Assembly: GCA_015067885.1 (NCBI GenBank) | Contig: SVLO01000002.1 | Coordinates: forward strand, 36,606-100,605 | Direction: 5' to 3' | Source: Oscillospiraceae bacterium | Lineage (GTDB): Bacteria > Bacillota > Clostridia > Oscillospirales > Oscillospiraceae | Length of the DNA: 64,000 nucleotides | In this document: positions 28,294 through 38,323 of the stretch, in pieces | How positions within the stretch are numbered: position 1 is the stretch's first letter | Layout of the letters: each line of letters starts with the position of its first letter | Position numbers and translations under genes: made by a program | Notes under the pieces: generated by a model | What the model was told of the DNA's origin: nothing | Database searches by the model: none | What the model saw: only the letters and a program-made list of their open reading frames with translations

Positions 28294-28533
28294 ATGCCAG
28301 AACCTCTGCGTTTGTTCTCCTTTGGCCGGCGGCCCAAGGTCCAATCCGCCGAACGGCAGGAGCTGCTGCAATCCCTCGCCGCCACCCGGGTGCAAATCAC
28401 CCAGGCCTACTGTGGCTTTGACAGCGCCCAGGACCCGGATCTGGTGGAGTCCTTCGTCTACGAGATCAACGCCCTGCAGTCCCGTTACAGCTATCTGCTG
28501 CGGCGCATCAAGGAGTTGGAGGTCGCTCCATGA
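28294..28533 (+). CDS. yaaL: YaaL/DUF2508 family protein
   Basis: DPDLVESFVYEINALQSRYSYLLRRIK; directly upstream of bofA. Confidence 0.85.
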   Translation: MPEPLRLFSFGRRPKVQSAERQELLQSLAATRVQITQAYCGFDSAQDPDLVESFVYEINALQSRYSYLLRRIKELEVAP

Positions 28534-28787
28534 CCGCCCCCGCCCTTTGGCTGGGTGGCGGGGTGGCCCTGCTTGGGCTGCTGCTTTTGCTGCGCCGTCC
28601 GTTGGGGCATCTCCTCCGGCTTGGCGGACGCAGTCTGTTGTCCCTGGCCGCTCTGACCGCCCTTGGACAAATTGCGCCTCTTGCCGCCATACTGCCCGGC
28701 GCCAACCTTGTCAACGCGCTGGTGATGGGAGTTTTGGGTCTGCCCGGTTTCGGGCTTCTCTTGATGATGCAGTGGGTGCTGACTTGA
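28530..28787 (+). CDS. bofA: Pro-sigmaK processing inhibitor BofA family protein
   Basis: Small hydrophobic protein with GANLVNALVMGVLGLPG. Confidence 0.8.
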   Translation: MTAPALWLGGGVALLGLLLLLRRPLGHLLRLGGRSLLSLAALTALGQIAPLAAILPGANLVNALVMGVLGLPGFGLLLMMQWVLT

Positions 28788-28805
28788 CTCCGCCACGTGT
28801 TCTGC

Positions 28806-28843
28806 CGCGCCCCCGAAAAACGCCTCCCCTTTAACGGGAAGGC
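28806..28843 (+). repeat. Degenerate REP-like remnant
   Basis: GCGCCCCCGAAAAACGCCTCCCCTTTAACGGGAAGGC resembles GCGCCCGAAAAAACCTTCCCCTTGAGGGGAAGG at 46052 and 47642. Confidence 0.45.
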
Positions 28844-28864
28844 TGCTCACAGACCTGGCCCAAC

Positions 28865-28901
28865 AAAAAATCCGCACCGTCTCTCGACGGTGCGGATTTT
28901 T
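28865..28901. terminator. Bidirectional intrinsic terminator
   Basis: AAAAAATCCGCACCGTC-TCTC-GACGGTGCGGATTTTT. Confidence 0.88.
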
Positions 28902-28932
28902 ATTGCTTGGTTGTGTCGGAGATGAAAGAGGA

Positions 28933-31900
28933 TTACACCTCGTACATCTTCTCCATACGCTGCAGCTTCTCGTAACGGGCCTTGGCAGCCTCCTCGGACT
29001 GAGCGAACAGCTCGGTGGCACGCTCGGGGAAGGAGCGGGTCAGAGCGGAGTAGCGGGCCTCGTTCATCAGGAACTCCTGATAGCCGCCGGCGGGAGCCTT
29101 GCTGTCCAGAGTGAAGGGGTTCTTGCCCTCGGCCTTCAGAGCGGGGTTGAAGCGGAACATATTCCAGTAGCCGCACTCCACAGCCTTCTTCATCTCGGAC
29201 TGGCAGTTGATCATGCCGCCCTTGATGGAGTGCATCTCACAGGGAGCGTAGGCGATGATGATGGAGGGGCCGGGATAAGCCTCGGCCTCGGCAATGGCCT
29301 TCAGGGTCTGAGCCATGTTGGCGCCCATGGCGATCTGGGCCACGTAGACGTAGCCGTAGCTCATGGCGATCTCGGACAGGGACTTCTTGGCGATCTCCTT
29401 ACCGGCAGCGGCGAACTGAGCCACCTGACCGATGTTGGAGGCCTTGGAAGCCTGACCGCCGGTGTTGGAGTAGACCTCGGTATCGAAGACGAAGACGTTC
29501 ACGTCCTCGCCGGAGGCCAGCACGTGGTCCAGGCCACCGAAACCGATGTCGTAGGCCCAGCCGTCGCCGCCCAGGATCCACACGGACTTCTTGGCCAGGT
29601 ACTCCTTGTTGGCCAGAACCTCGGGGGCGGTGGGGCAGCCGGCAGCGGCGGCCTTCTCCAGCTCCACGACCAGGGCGTCGGAAGCGGCGCCGTTGGCCTG
29701 GCCATCGTTCAGGGTGTTCAGGTAAGCCTCGGCAGCGGCCTTGAACTCGGCGGAAGCCTTGTCGCTGGCGGCCATCTCCTTGACCAGCTCGACCATACGC
29801 TCACGGATGGCCTTCTGACCCAGGTACATACCCAGACCATGCTCGGCGTTATCCTCGAACAGGGAGTTGGCCCAAGCGGGACCCTTGCCCTCGGCGTTGG
29901 TGGTGTAGGGAGAGGTAGCAGCGGGGCCGCCCCAGATGGAGGAACAGCCGGTGGCGTTGGTGATGTACATACGGTCGCCGAAGAGCTGAGTCAGCAGGCG
30001 GGCGTAAGCGGTCTCGGCACAGCCGGCGCAGGAGCCGGAAAACTCCAGCAGAGGAGTCTTGAACTGGCTGCCCTTGACGGTGTTGTCGGCCACGTCGGCC
30101 TTAACGGTGACGTTGGCAACGGTGTAGTCGAAGGCCTCCTGCTGAGCCTTCTGCTCCTCCAGGGGCTTCATGACCAGGGACTTGGTGGGGCAGACGCCGA
30201 CGCAGACGCCACAGCCCATACAATCCAGGGGGGACACGGACAGGGTGTAGGTGTAAACGCCCTTGCCCTTGCCGGCCTTGACGGGGGCGCTCTTCAGCAC
30301 GGCGGGGGCGCCGGCCAGCTCGGCCTCGTTCATGGTGTAGGGACGGATGGTGGCGTGGGGGCAGACGAAGGAACACTGGTTACACTGGATACAGGTCTCG
30401 GGGTTCCACTCGGGCACGGCCACGGCAACGCCGCGCTTCTCGTAGGCGGAAGCGCCCTGCTCGAAGGTACCGTCGGCGTGATCGACGAAGGCGGAAACGG
30501 GCAGCACGTCGCCGTCCATCTTGGCCACGGGCATCAGGATGTTGCCAACCATCTTGACCAGCTCGTCCTTGCCCTCCAGCTTGGCAGCCTCGGCGGTGTC
30601 AACGGCGTTGGCCCACTCGGCGGGAACGTTGATCTTCTTGAAGGCGGTGGCGCCGGCCTCGATGGCCTTGTGGTTCATCTCCACCACGTCCATACCCTTC
30701 TTGGAGTAGGACTTGGTGGCGGCGTCCTTCATGTACTGGATCGCCTCAGCCTCGGGCATGACCTTGGCCAGGGCGAAGAAGGCAGACTGCAGAATGGTGT
30801 TGGTGCGCTTGCCCATGCCGATCTCCAGAGCCAGGTCGATGGCGTTGATGGTGTACAACTGCACGTTGTTCTGGGCGATGTAGCGCTTGGCGGAGGCGGA
30901 CAGGTGGTGAGCCAGCTCCTCCTCGGTCCACTGGCAGTTGATCATAAAGACGCCGCCGGGCTTCACGTCACGGACGATGGGGAAGTCCTTGGTGATGTAG
31001 GAGGGGTTGTGGCAGGCCACGAAGTCGGCCTTGTTGATGTAGTAGGGGGCGCGGATAGCCTTGTCGCCGAAGCGCAGGTGGCTGATGGTCACGCCGCCGG
31101 TCTTCTTGGAGTCGTACTGGAAGTAAGCCTGCACGTACTTGTCGGTGTGGTCGCCGATGATCTTGATGGAGTTCTTGTTGGCGCCAACGGTACCGTCGCC
31201 GCCCAGACCCCAGAACTTGCACTCGATGGTGCCTTCCGCGGCGGTGTTGGGGGCGGGCTTCTCCTCCAGGGACAGGTTGGTCACGTCGTCCACGATACCC
31301 AGGGTGAACTGACGCTTGGGCTGGGCCTTGTTCAGCTCCTCATACACAGCGAAGACGCTGGCGGGGGGAGTGTCCTTGGAACCCAGGCCGTAACGGCCGC
31401 CGATGACGGTCTTGTCGGTGATGCCGGCCTCAGCCAGGGCGGTGATGACGTCCAGGTACAAAGGCTCACCCAGGGCGCCGGGCTCCTTGGTGCGGTCCAG
31501 GACAGCGATCTTCTTGGCGGTGGCGGGGATGGCGGCGATCAGCTTGTCGGCGCGGAAGGGGCGGTACAGACGGACCTTGACCAGGCCGACCTTCTCGCCG
31601 TTGGCGTTCATGTAGTCGACAACTTCCTCGGCCACGTCGCAGAAGGAACCCATGCAGATGATGACGCGGTCAGCGTCGGCGGCACCGTAGTAGTTGAACA
31701 GCTGATAGTCGGTGCCCAGCTTGGCGTTGACCTTGGCCATGTACTCCTCCACGATCCCGGGAACGGCCTCGTAGTACTTGTTGCAGGCCTCGCGGTTCTG
31801 GAAGAAGATGTCACCGTTCTGGTGAGAGCCGCGCATGACGGGATGCTCGGGGTTCAGGGCGCGCTTGCGGAAGGCCTCGACCGCCTCCATGTTGCACATT

Positions 31901-32478
31901 TCCTTCAGGTCCTCGTAATCCCACACGGCGACCTTCTGGATCTCGTGAGAGGTGCGGAAGCCGTCAAAGAAGTTCAGGAAGGGAACGCGGCTGTCGATGG
32001 AGGCCAGGTGGGCCACGGGAGCCAGGTCCATGACTTCCTGCACGTTGGACTCGGCCAGCATGGCAAAGCCGGTCTGGCGGCAGGCCAGAACGTCGGAGTG
32101 GTCACCGAAGATGTTCAGCGCGTGGCTGGCCACGGTACGGGCGGACACGTGGAACACGCAGGGCAGCAGCTCGCCGGCGATCTTGTACATATTGGGGATC
32201 ATCAGCAGCAGACCCTGAGAAGCGGTGTAGGTGGTGGTCATAGCACCGGCGTTCAGAGAGCCGTGTACGGTACCGGCGGCACCGGCCTCGGACTGCATCT
32301 CGACGACCTTGACGGTGGTGCCGAAGATGTTCTTCTGACCCAACGCGGCCCACTGATCCACGTAGTCGGCCATGGGGCTGGACGGAGTGATGGGGAAGAT
32401 GCCCGCCACTTCAGTAAACGCGTAGCTGACGTATGCAGCGGCGTTGTTACCGTCCATGGTTTTGAATTTTCTTGCCAT
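28933..32478 (-). CDS. nifJ: Pyruvate:ferredoxin (flavodoxin) oxidoreductase
   Basis: FPITPSS, MQSEAGAAG, two CxxCxxCxxxCP clusters, GDGWAYDIG; strongly optimised codon usage. Confidence 0.98.
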   Translation of the reverse strand: MARKFKTMDGNNAAAYVSYAFTEVAGIFPITPSSPMADYVDQWAALGQKNIFGTTVKVVEMQSEAGAAGTVHGSLNAGAMTTTYTASQGLLLMIPNMYKIAGELLPCVFHVSARTVASHALNIFGDHSDVLACRQTGFAMLAESNVQEVMDLAPVAHLASIDSRVPFLNFFDGFRTSHEIQKVAVWDYEDLKEMCNMEAVEAFRKRALNPEHPVMRGSHQNGDIFFQNREACNKYYEAVPGIVEEYMAKVNAKLGTDYQLFNYYGAADADRVIICMGSFCDVAEEVVDYMNANGEKVGLVKVRLYRPFRADKLIAAIPATAKKIAVLDRTKEPGALGEPLYLDVITALAEAGITDKTVIGGRYGLGSKDTPPASVFAVYEELNKAQPKRQFTLGIVDDVTNLSLEEKPAPNTAAEGTIECKFWGLGGDGTVGANKNSIKIIGDHTDKYVQAYFQYDSKKTGGVTISHLRFGDKAIRAPYYINKADFVACHNPSYITKDFPIVRDVKPGGVFMINCQWTEEELAHHLSASAKRYIAQNNVQLYTINAIDLALEIGMGKRTNTILQSAFFALAKVMPEAEAIQYMKDAATKSYSKKGMDVVEMNHKAIEAGATAFKKINVPAEWANAVDTAEAAKLEGKDELVKMVGNILMPVAKMDGDVLPVSAFVDHADGTFEQGASAYEKRGVAVAVPEWNPETCIQCNQCSFVCPHATIRPYTMNEAELAGAPAVLKSAPVKAGKGKGVYTYTLSVSPLDCMGCGVCVGVCPTKSLVMKPLEEQKAQQEAFDYTVANVTVKADVADNTVKGSQFKTPLLEFSGSCAGCAETAYARLLTQLFGDRMYITNATGCSSIWGGPAATSPYTTNAEGKGPAWANSLFEDNAEHGLGMYLGQKAIRERMVELVKEMAASDKASAEFKAAAEAYLNTLNDGQANGAASDALVVELEKAAAAGCPTAPEVLANKEYLAKKSVWILGGDGWAYDIGFGGLDHVLASGEDVNVFVFDTEVYSNTGGQASKASNIGQVAQFAAAGKEIAKKSLSEIAMSYGYVYVAQIAMGANMAQTLKAIAEAEAYPGPSIIIAYAPCEMHSIKGGMINCQSEMKKAVECGYWNMFRFNPALKAEGKNPFTLDSKAPAGGYQEFLMNEARYSALTRSFPERATELFAQSEEAAKARYEKLQRMEKMYEV

Positions 32479-32645
32479 AGATATCCCTGCTTTCTTTCGT
32501 TTTTTGGGGTGCCGGAACGCACTCCTGTTTATTTGCTCGCTCCGCAGCGCCCGCGTGCATGGGAACTATGTCCGAACGCACGCTAGCCGCTTCCCCCGGA
32601 ACCGGGTGAAGCGGTGGCAGCACGGTGTTGAACTTTACGTTTGTT

Positions 32646-32674
32646 AGTCTATCACTTTTCGGTATGTTTGTAAA
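32646..32674 (-). promoter_or_regulatory. SigA promoter of nifJ
   Basis: TTTACA-N17-TAGACT with extended TG. Confidence 0.55.
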
Positions 32675-32788
32675 TGTCCTTTTTCCCTTTTTTCTTAACA
32701 AAATTGCCTATTTTTCCGGCCGCCCATTGCTATTTTTGCCAAGTAGGTCTAAAATAGGAAATCATAACGCATTTGAGGGGGGACGATC

Positions 32789-34306
32789 ATGGTCTGCAAC
32801 ATCCGTTCACTGGGTCTGACCGGTATTTCCGGCTATGAGGTAGCCGTGGAATGTGACCTGTCCGGCGGTCTGCCGGCCTTTACAGTGGTGGGCCTGCCCG
32901 ACGCCGCCGTGAACGAGGCGCGGGAGCGTGTCCGTGCCGCCATCAAAAACTGTTCCTTCTCCTTCCCCGTCAGCCGCATCACCGTCAACCTGGCCCCCGC
33001 CCACGTAAAAAAGGTGGGTACCCTGTACGACCTGCCCATGCTGGTGGGCATCCTGTGCGCCGGCGGTCAGCTGCGGCTGTGGGACTCCGACTGCGCCTTC
33101 ATCGGCGAGCTGTCCCTGTCCGGCAAGCTGCGCCCCGCCGCGGGTATGCTGCCCATGGCCCTGGCCGCCAAGCAGGCCGGCATCAAAACCCTGTACGTCC
33201 CGGCAGACAACGCGGCGGAGGCCACCCTGGCCCAGGGGCCGGACATCATCCCCGTCACCGACGTGAGCCAGCTCATCGCCCACCTGCGGGGTGAGGCGCC
33301 CATTCCCCCCGCCCCCCTGTGGTCCTGCTCCGTCAGTGACACGCCCGAACCCGATTTTTCCGAGGTCAAGGGTCAGGAGAACGTCAAGCGCGCCCTTGAG
33401 ATCGCCGCCGCCGGCAGCCATAACGTCCTTTTGGTCGGCCCTCCCGGCTCCGGCAAGTCCATGCTGGCCAAGCGTTTGGGTTCCATTCTGCCCGCCATGA
33501 CCCGGCAGGAGTCCCTGCAGGCCACCCAAATTCATTCCGTCCTGGGCCTGACCACGCCGGAGGCGCCCCTCATCACCCGCCGTCCCTTCCGCTCCCCCCA
33601 CCACACCGTGTCCACCATGGGCATGGCCGGCGGCGGCAGCAACCCCCGGCCCGGCGAAATCTCCCTGGCCCACCACGGCGTGCTGTTTTTGGACGAGCTG
33701 CCCGAGTTTTCCAAGGAAGTGCTGGAGGTCCTGCGCCAGCCTTTGGAGGATGGCCAGGTCACCATCTCCCGGGCCTCCGGCTCGGCCAGCTATCCCAGCC
33801 GTTTCATGCTGGTGTGTGCCATGAACCCCTGCAAATGCGGCTGGTACGGCCACCCCTCGGGCCGCTGCAAATGCTCGGAAAACGACGTGACCCGCTATCT
33901 GTCCCGGCTGTCCGGCCCCCTGCTGGACCGCATCGATTTGTTTGTGGAGGTCTCCTCGCTGGAATACGACGAATTGGCCCACCGGGCCACAGCGGAGCCG
34001 TCCTTCGCCATCCGCGCCCGGGTAGATGCCGCCCGCAGGCGGCAAAACGCCCGGACGCAGGGGGACAGACCCCTGTGCAACGCCTATTTGGAACAAAAGG
34101 AACTGGACGCCTGCTGTCAGTTGAACGAGGCCTGTCAGTCCCTCATGCGCGGCGCCTTTGACCGGCTGGGTCTGACCGCCCGTGGCTACGACCGTATCCG
34201 CCGCCTGGCCCGCACCATTGCCGACCTGGACGGTAGCGAGGATATTCAGCCCCACCACTTGGCCGAAGCCCTGCAGTACCGTCCCCCGGCCTACCTGAAA
34301 AAGTAA
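32789..34306 (+). CDS. comM: YifB/ComM Mg-chelatase-like AAA+ ATPase
   Basis: VGLPDAAVNEARERVR, GPPGSGKS, RPFRSPHH, FLDELPEF and SGPLLDRID motifs. Confidence 0.93.
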   Translation: MVCNIRSLGLTGISGYEVAVECDLSGGLPAFTVVGLPDAAVNEARERVRAAIKNCSFSFPVSRITVNLAPAHVKKVGTLYDLPMLVGILCAGGQLRLWDSDCAFIGELSLSGKLRPAAGMLPMALAAKQAGIKTLYVPADNAAEATLAQGPDIIPVTDVSQLIAHLRGEAPIPPAPLWSCSVSDTPEPDFSEVKGQENVKRALEIAAAGSHNVLLVGPPGSGKSMLAKRLGSILPAMTRQESLQATQIHSVLGLTTPEAPLITRRPFRSPHHTVSTMGMAGGGSNPRPGEISLAHHGVLFLDELPEFSKEVLEVLRQPLEDGQVTISRASGSASYPSRFMLVCAMNPCKCGWYGHPSGRCKCSENDVTRYLSRLSGPLLDRIDLFVEVSSLEYDELAHRATAEPSFAIRARVDAARRRQNARTQGDRPLCNAYLEQKELDACCQLNEACQSLMRGAFDRLGLTARGYDRIRRLARTIADLDGSEDIQPHHLAEALQYRPPAYLKK

Positions 34307-34343
34307 AACAAGGTCCCCGAAGCTGCGCTTCGGGGACCTTGTT
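34307..34343. terminator. Bidirectional intrinsic terminator
   Basis: AACAAGGTCCCCGAAG-CTGCG-CTTCGGGGACCTTGTT. Confidence 0.85.
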
Positions 34344-34348
34344 GCGTT

Positions 34349-35209
34349 TTACTCCACAGGCTCCGTCGCCTGCCGGGCCGGGTCGCCGGTTCGGGTCAGA
34401 CCGCCGGTCAACGTATCCAGCCGATAGGTTCCCGTGTCCGTTTCCACCTGCCACACAGGGGTCAGGCGCATGGTTCCCGTCCCTTCGGAGCTGATGCTGT
34501 AGGCCTGCGTAATGCCCGTTATGGCATTGTACACGTCGCCCATGTCATTCAGCCCATTGTACAGGCGCATCAGCGCGGTGGCCACCGTAATGGGATCTCC
34601 ACCCGTCTGCTCCGCCTGCCCAAGCAGTCGGCGGCCGCCGGAAACGGACCATTCGCCCTGCTGCGTATAGGTCACTGTGGCCTGACAGTCCAGCAGGGGC
34701 GCCCCATCCAGCGTCTGCTGAAGCAGGATGACCTCCTGTCCGTCCTCCCTGCGGCTTTCCACCACGCGGCTTTCCACATCCATCCGGGCCAGCAGGGCCA
34801 CTGCCCGCTCCTGCGCCCGTTCATTTTCTGCCAGCGGCGGCTCCCCGGTCAGGTGTGCGCTGTACTGGCCGGTGCTGTGTACCTGCAGCCAGCCGGCGTC
34901 GCCGGTGTAGCGGTACACCTCGCCGCCCTTGGCCTGCATATCCACCTCGTCCCCAAGCAGAGCGCGGGCCTGTAGCAGTTCCGCCTTCAGGTCCCGCTCC
35001 GCCGTCCGCGGCGCCAGTTCCATTTTGGCGGGTACGATTTGCTCGTCCAGCTTCACACCGCCGTTTTTAATTACCTCCACCGCGGCGTGTCTGGCCTGTT
35101 CCCGGTTGCGGACATCCTGCACGCGCCGTCCGCCGGACAGTATCAGCAAAAACAGGTTCAGCAGCACCAAGATCACGATGACGATGTTCTTTAGCTTGGA
35201 AACCTCCAT
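34349..35209 (-). CDS. YycI-like two-component accessory protein
   Basis: SKLKNIVIVILVLLNLFLL N-terminus and C-terminal LTPVW; fourth gene of the RR-HK operon. Confidence 0.75.
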   Translation of the reverse strand: MEVSKLKNIVIVILVLLNLFLLILSGGRRVQDVRNREQARHAAVEVIKNGGVKLDEQIVPAKMELAPRTAERDLKAELLQARALLGDEVDMQAKGGEVYRYTGDAGWLQVHSTGQYSAHLTGEPPLAENERAQERAVALLARMDVESRVVESRREDGQEVILLQQTLDGAPLLDCQATVTYTQQGEWSVSGGRRLLGQAEQTGGDPITVATALMRLYNGLNDMGDVYNAITGITQAYSISSEGTGTMRLTPVWQVETDTGTYRLDTLTGGLTRTGDPARQATEPVE

Positions 35210-35230
35210 GCCCGCACCCCCTTCATTCGT

Positions 35231-36502
35231 TTATTCTTCCGCCATCCAGCCGGCACGCACACTGTCGCCGCCGTCCAGATAGCTCAGCAGCAGGCCGCTG
35301 CCCGCCTGTCCCATCTGCCCCAGGGCTGCCGCCGCCTGAGGCTGCGGCAGAAGCAAAGTGGTCTTTTCCGTAAGCTGATAGCCCCGCAGAAAAATCTCGT
35401 ACTGGGCAACACCGTGTTGGTCCACCAGCACGTGGGCGCACCAGCCCCGGTCGCCTACCTGCACCGGAACGGCATTGAGTACATAGCCAAACTCCACGTG
35501 CCAGCCGTCAGCCTCCCGCCGCGCGTCCCGCAGGTAAACCGCCGTGCCGCCCCAGGTCTCCGTAGCGCCGCACACCAGCTCCCGGGCGGTCTCCACCGCG
35601 CGGTACTCCTCCGGCTCCCCCTCCGTTCCGGCCAGGGGATAGCGCTGCTCCTCTCCCGCCCGCTCATAGTTGAGCCAGCCGCCGTCGGAGATGGTCAGGG
35701 TATCGTTTCCGCTGCGGGCCCGCTGCCCCTCCGGCGTTTGGTAAATGGTCGTGATGCCCGGGGAAAAAGCCAATGTCTGCAGCAGCGGGTCAAGCTCCTG
35801 CTCCCCTGCCAGCGGATTGACCGCGACGTACTCCTCCGGCACAGGCGTGCGCTCCAAAATCAGGGTTTGGGGCGCCAGCATATCGTAGTCCCGGTCGGCC
35901 ACCGCAAACCCGGCCCCATTGGGGACCGCCTGGGCCAGCACCGACTCCAGATACTCCGTCGATACGCTCTCCACCTCACAGCTGTAGCAGCTTTGGTCGT
36001 TCAGATAGTAATACAGGCGCACCTGCCCCTGCTCGGCACACAGCAAAAGCTGTCGCGCGCTGCCGATCAGGTTGGGGTTACCCACCCCGCCCAGCCAGCG
36101 GCACAGCACCTGCATGGGTACGTTGCCCTGCAGCTCCAGCCACGCGCTGCCCGGCGCGGTCAGTGCCTTACGCCATTGGTCCGGCTCCACCGCTTCCGCC
36201 CGACCTGCCCCGGCCATGGCCTCGCCCAGCACGGGCAGCAGGGGCCGGAACAACTCGTTGACGGCGGCGGAGCTGTATCGCGCGCCGCACACGCCGCCGG
36301 TATTTGTCACCGCCACCGCCATGGGCAGGGTCACCTGCCCGGCCGTGGGCGCGGGCATCTGCTGCACCGCGCCGGTCTGTTCCTCCCCTTGGGAAAGGTT
36401 ACCAAACAGCCGACTGTCAACCAGCAGCCATCCGGCCGTACACAGCAGCAATACAATGAGCAGGTTTTTCGCCCACTCCCGAATTCGCGTTTTCTTACTC
36501 AT
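35231..36502 (-). CDS. YycH-like two-component accessory protein
   Basis: EWAKNLLIVLL single TM helix then a large extracytoplasmic domain; directly follows the kinase. Confidence 0.7.
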   Translation of the reverse strand: MSKKTRIREWAKNLLIVLLLCTAGWLLVDSRLFGNLSQGEEQTGAVQQMPAPTAGQVTLPMAVAVTNTGGVCGARYSSAAVNELFRPLLPVLGEAMAGAGRAEAVEPDQWRKALTAPGSAWLELQGNVPMQVLCRWLGGVGNPNLIGSARQLLLCAEQGQVRLYYYLNDQSCYSCEVESVSTEYLESVLAQAVPNGAGFAVADRDYDMLAPQTLILERTPVPEEYVAVNPLAGEQELDPLLQTLAFSPGITTIYQTPEGQRARSGNDTLTISDGGWLNYERAGEEQRYPLAGTEGEPEEYRAVETARELVCGATETWGGTAVYLRDARREADGWHVEFGYVLNAVPVQVGDRGWCAHVLVDQHGVAQYEIFLRGYQLTEKTTLLLPQPQAAAALGQMGQAGSGLLLSYLDGGDSVRAGWMAEE

Positions 36503-38273
36503 GGCCCGGTCCCTCAACATTCAGCTCCATGCGCAGGGTCAGGCCGGGTTCCTCCTTGTCCACCGTGGTCAGCAAACCCCGGTGCCGGTCAATGATCTCC
36601 TTGGCAATGGACAGGCCAAGGCCGGTGCCGCCGGATTCCCGGGAGCGGGCCTTGTCCACCCGGTAGAACCGTTCGAAGATGCGGGCCCGGTCCTCCTTGG
36701 GGATGCCGATGCCGTTGTCCGCCACCTCCATCCAAACCCGGTCGTCCACCCGGCCGGCACGAATGGCGATGTGGCCGCCGTTGGGGGTGTACTTGATGGA
36801 GTTGGACACAATGTTCATCATCACCTGCAGGATACGCTCCCGGTCGGCCACGATCTCGGGCAGACCCGGCTCCAGCTCCAGGGCGATGGTGTGGTCGTGG
36901 CGCTGCGCCTCAAGATACACCGCGTTGTACATATCGTTGATGGCTCCGGTGAAGGAGAATTTGCCCAGTTTCAGCTCGTTGTGGCCGGAGTCGAACCGGG
37001 ACAGGGTAAGCAGATCCTGCACGATGTGGGTCATGCGGTCACTTTCGTTGAGAATGACCCCCAAAAACTTCTGCTCAGTCTTGGGGGGCAGGTCGCCCAC
37101 GTTTTCCGCCAGGGTCTCCGCGTAGCTGCGGATATTGGTCAGGGGGGTGCGCAGCTCGTGGGACACGTTGGCCACGAACTCCCGGCGCATCTCCTCGTTC
37201 TTGCGCTGCTCGGTCACGTCATGGATCACCACCAGGGCGCCGGTCTGATTTTCCCGGTCAAAGGGGGCCAGCAACAGCTCCATATAGCGCCCCTCGCGCT
37301 CCCGCTCCCCTTCCAGGTAGTCCGGGGCGGACAGCACGCTGTCAAGGTCGGCCAAATCACCGAACAGTTCCTCGTACGTGGTTTCCGGCCCGATCTCGCA
37401 GTGGAGCATACCCGCCGCCGCGGGGTTGGAGTGGATGACCTGACCCTCGCCGTCAAAGGCCACCACGCCGTCGGTCATGTGCAGGAACAGGGTGTCCAGC
37501 TTGTTTCGCTCGTTTTCCACCTGTCGCAGGGTATCCTCAAGCTGGCCGGCCATGTCGTTGAAGGTGTTGGTCAGCACGCCGATCTCATCCTGGGAGGTGA
37601 CCTCGATTTTATGGGAAAAGTCGCCGTCTGCCACCCGCTCGGCACCGTCGGTCAGCCGCCGGATGGAGGTAACCATGGTCTTGGACAGCAGGAAGGACAG
37701 CAGGATGGAGATGATCAGGCCGAAGACCAGCGCCTCCACGATCAGGGTGAACAGCTGGCTGTTGAGCATATCGACCGTGTTCCGGTCGTCCCGGATGTAA
37801 ACGATGTAGTGTTCGCCTCCCCGGTCAATGGGGATGGCCACGTCCATGTAGTCCGCGGCCAAATTGCTCTCATCCCCCACCTGGGAGCGGTCCTCAATGA
37901 CCTGCATCAGGTTGCGGGTAAATTCCAGCTTCGGCCCATACTCGTCATCGGTGCCGGCCAGATACCGACCGCTGGCATCCAAAATGTAGTAGTTGCGACC
38001 ACTGCCGTTTACACCCATGGCGCCGGCATAGGCACTAAGCACCTGGTCCAGCATCTCCACGCCGGTAGCTTCCCCGGTCAGCTCGGCCGGGGTTTGGGTG
38101 GTCATGTCGTAATACACGTCCCGGTCGCTGAACACCGTATTCACCTGGGCGTAAAAGTCCTTCAGGTAAAAGGCCACCACCGAATTCATCAGGAACGCCC
38201 CCACCACCGTCATCAGGGACAGGATGAGCAGCATCATGATCATAACCAGCTTCATGTGCAGACTGCGCAGCAC
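36495..38273 (-). CDS. walK: WalK-like sensor kinase (HAMP, PAS, HisKA, HATPase)
   Basis: HMTDGVVA PAS, FVANVSHELRTPLT, FYRVDKARSRESGGTGLGL; walRK-yycHI-like gene order. Confidence 0.75.
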   Translation of the reverse strand: MLRSLHMKLVMIMMLLILSLMTVVGAFLMNSVVAFYLKDFYAQVNTVFSDRDVYYDMTTQTPAELTGEATGVEMLDQVLSAYAGAMGVNGSGRNYYILDASGRYLAGTDDEYGPKLEFTRNLMQVIEDRSQVGDESNLAADYMDVAIPIDRGGEHYIVYIRDDRNTVDMLNSQLFTLIVEALVFGLIISILLSFLLSKTMVTSIRRLTDGAERVADGDFSHKIEVTSQDEIGVLTNTFNDMAGQLEDTLRQVENERNKLDTLFLHMTDGVVAFDGEGQVIHSNPAAAGMLHCEIGPETTYEELFGDLADLDSVLSAPDYLEGEREREGRYMELLLAPFDRENQTGALVVIHDVTEQRKNEEMRREFVANVSHELRTPLTNIRSYAETLAENVGDLPPKTEQKFLGVILNESDRMTHIVQDLLTLSRFDSGHNELKLGKFSFTGAINDMYNAVYLEAQRHDHTIALELEPGLPEIVADRERILQVMMNIVSNSIKYTPNGGHIAIRAGRVDDRVWMEVADNGIGIPKEDRARIFERFYRVDKARSRESGGTGLGLSIAKEIIDRHRGLLTTVDKEEPGLTLRMELNVEGPGHE

Positions 38274-38323
38274 GGGGACTCGCCCCCTTTCTTTTTCTGT
38301 CCGGCACCGCTGCCGGGCAGGTT

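Noticed and set aside
28903-32586. 1227-aa ORF antisense to nifJ, and similar shadows of kdgK, aro genes, comM, walK, DUF711 and the lipoprotein
   Set aside because: Same antisense shadow effect; the opposite strand encodes recognisable proteins.
32641-32702. Rex operator upstream of nifJ
   Set aside because: Only isolated half-sites (TTGTTA, TTAACAA) without correct palindromic spacing.
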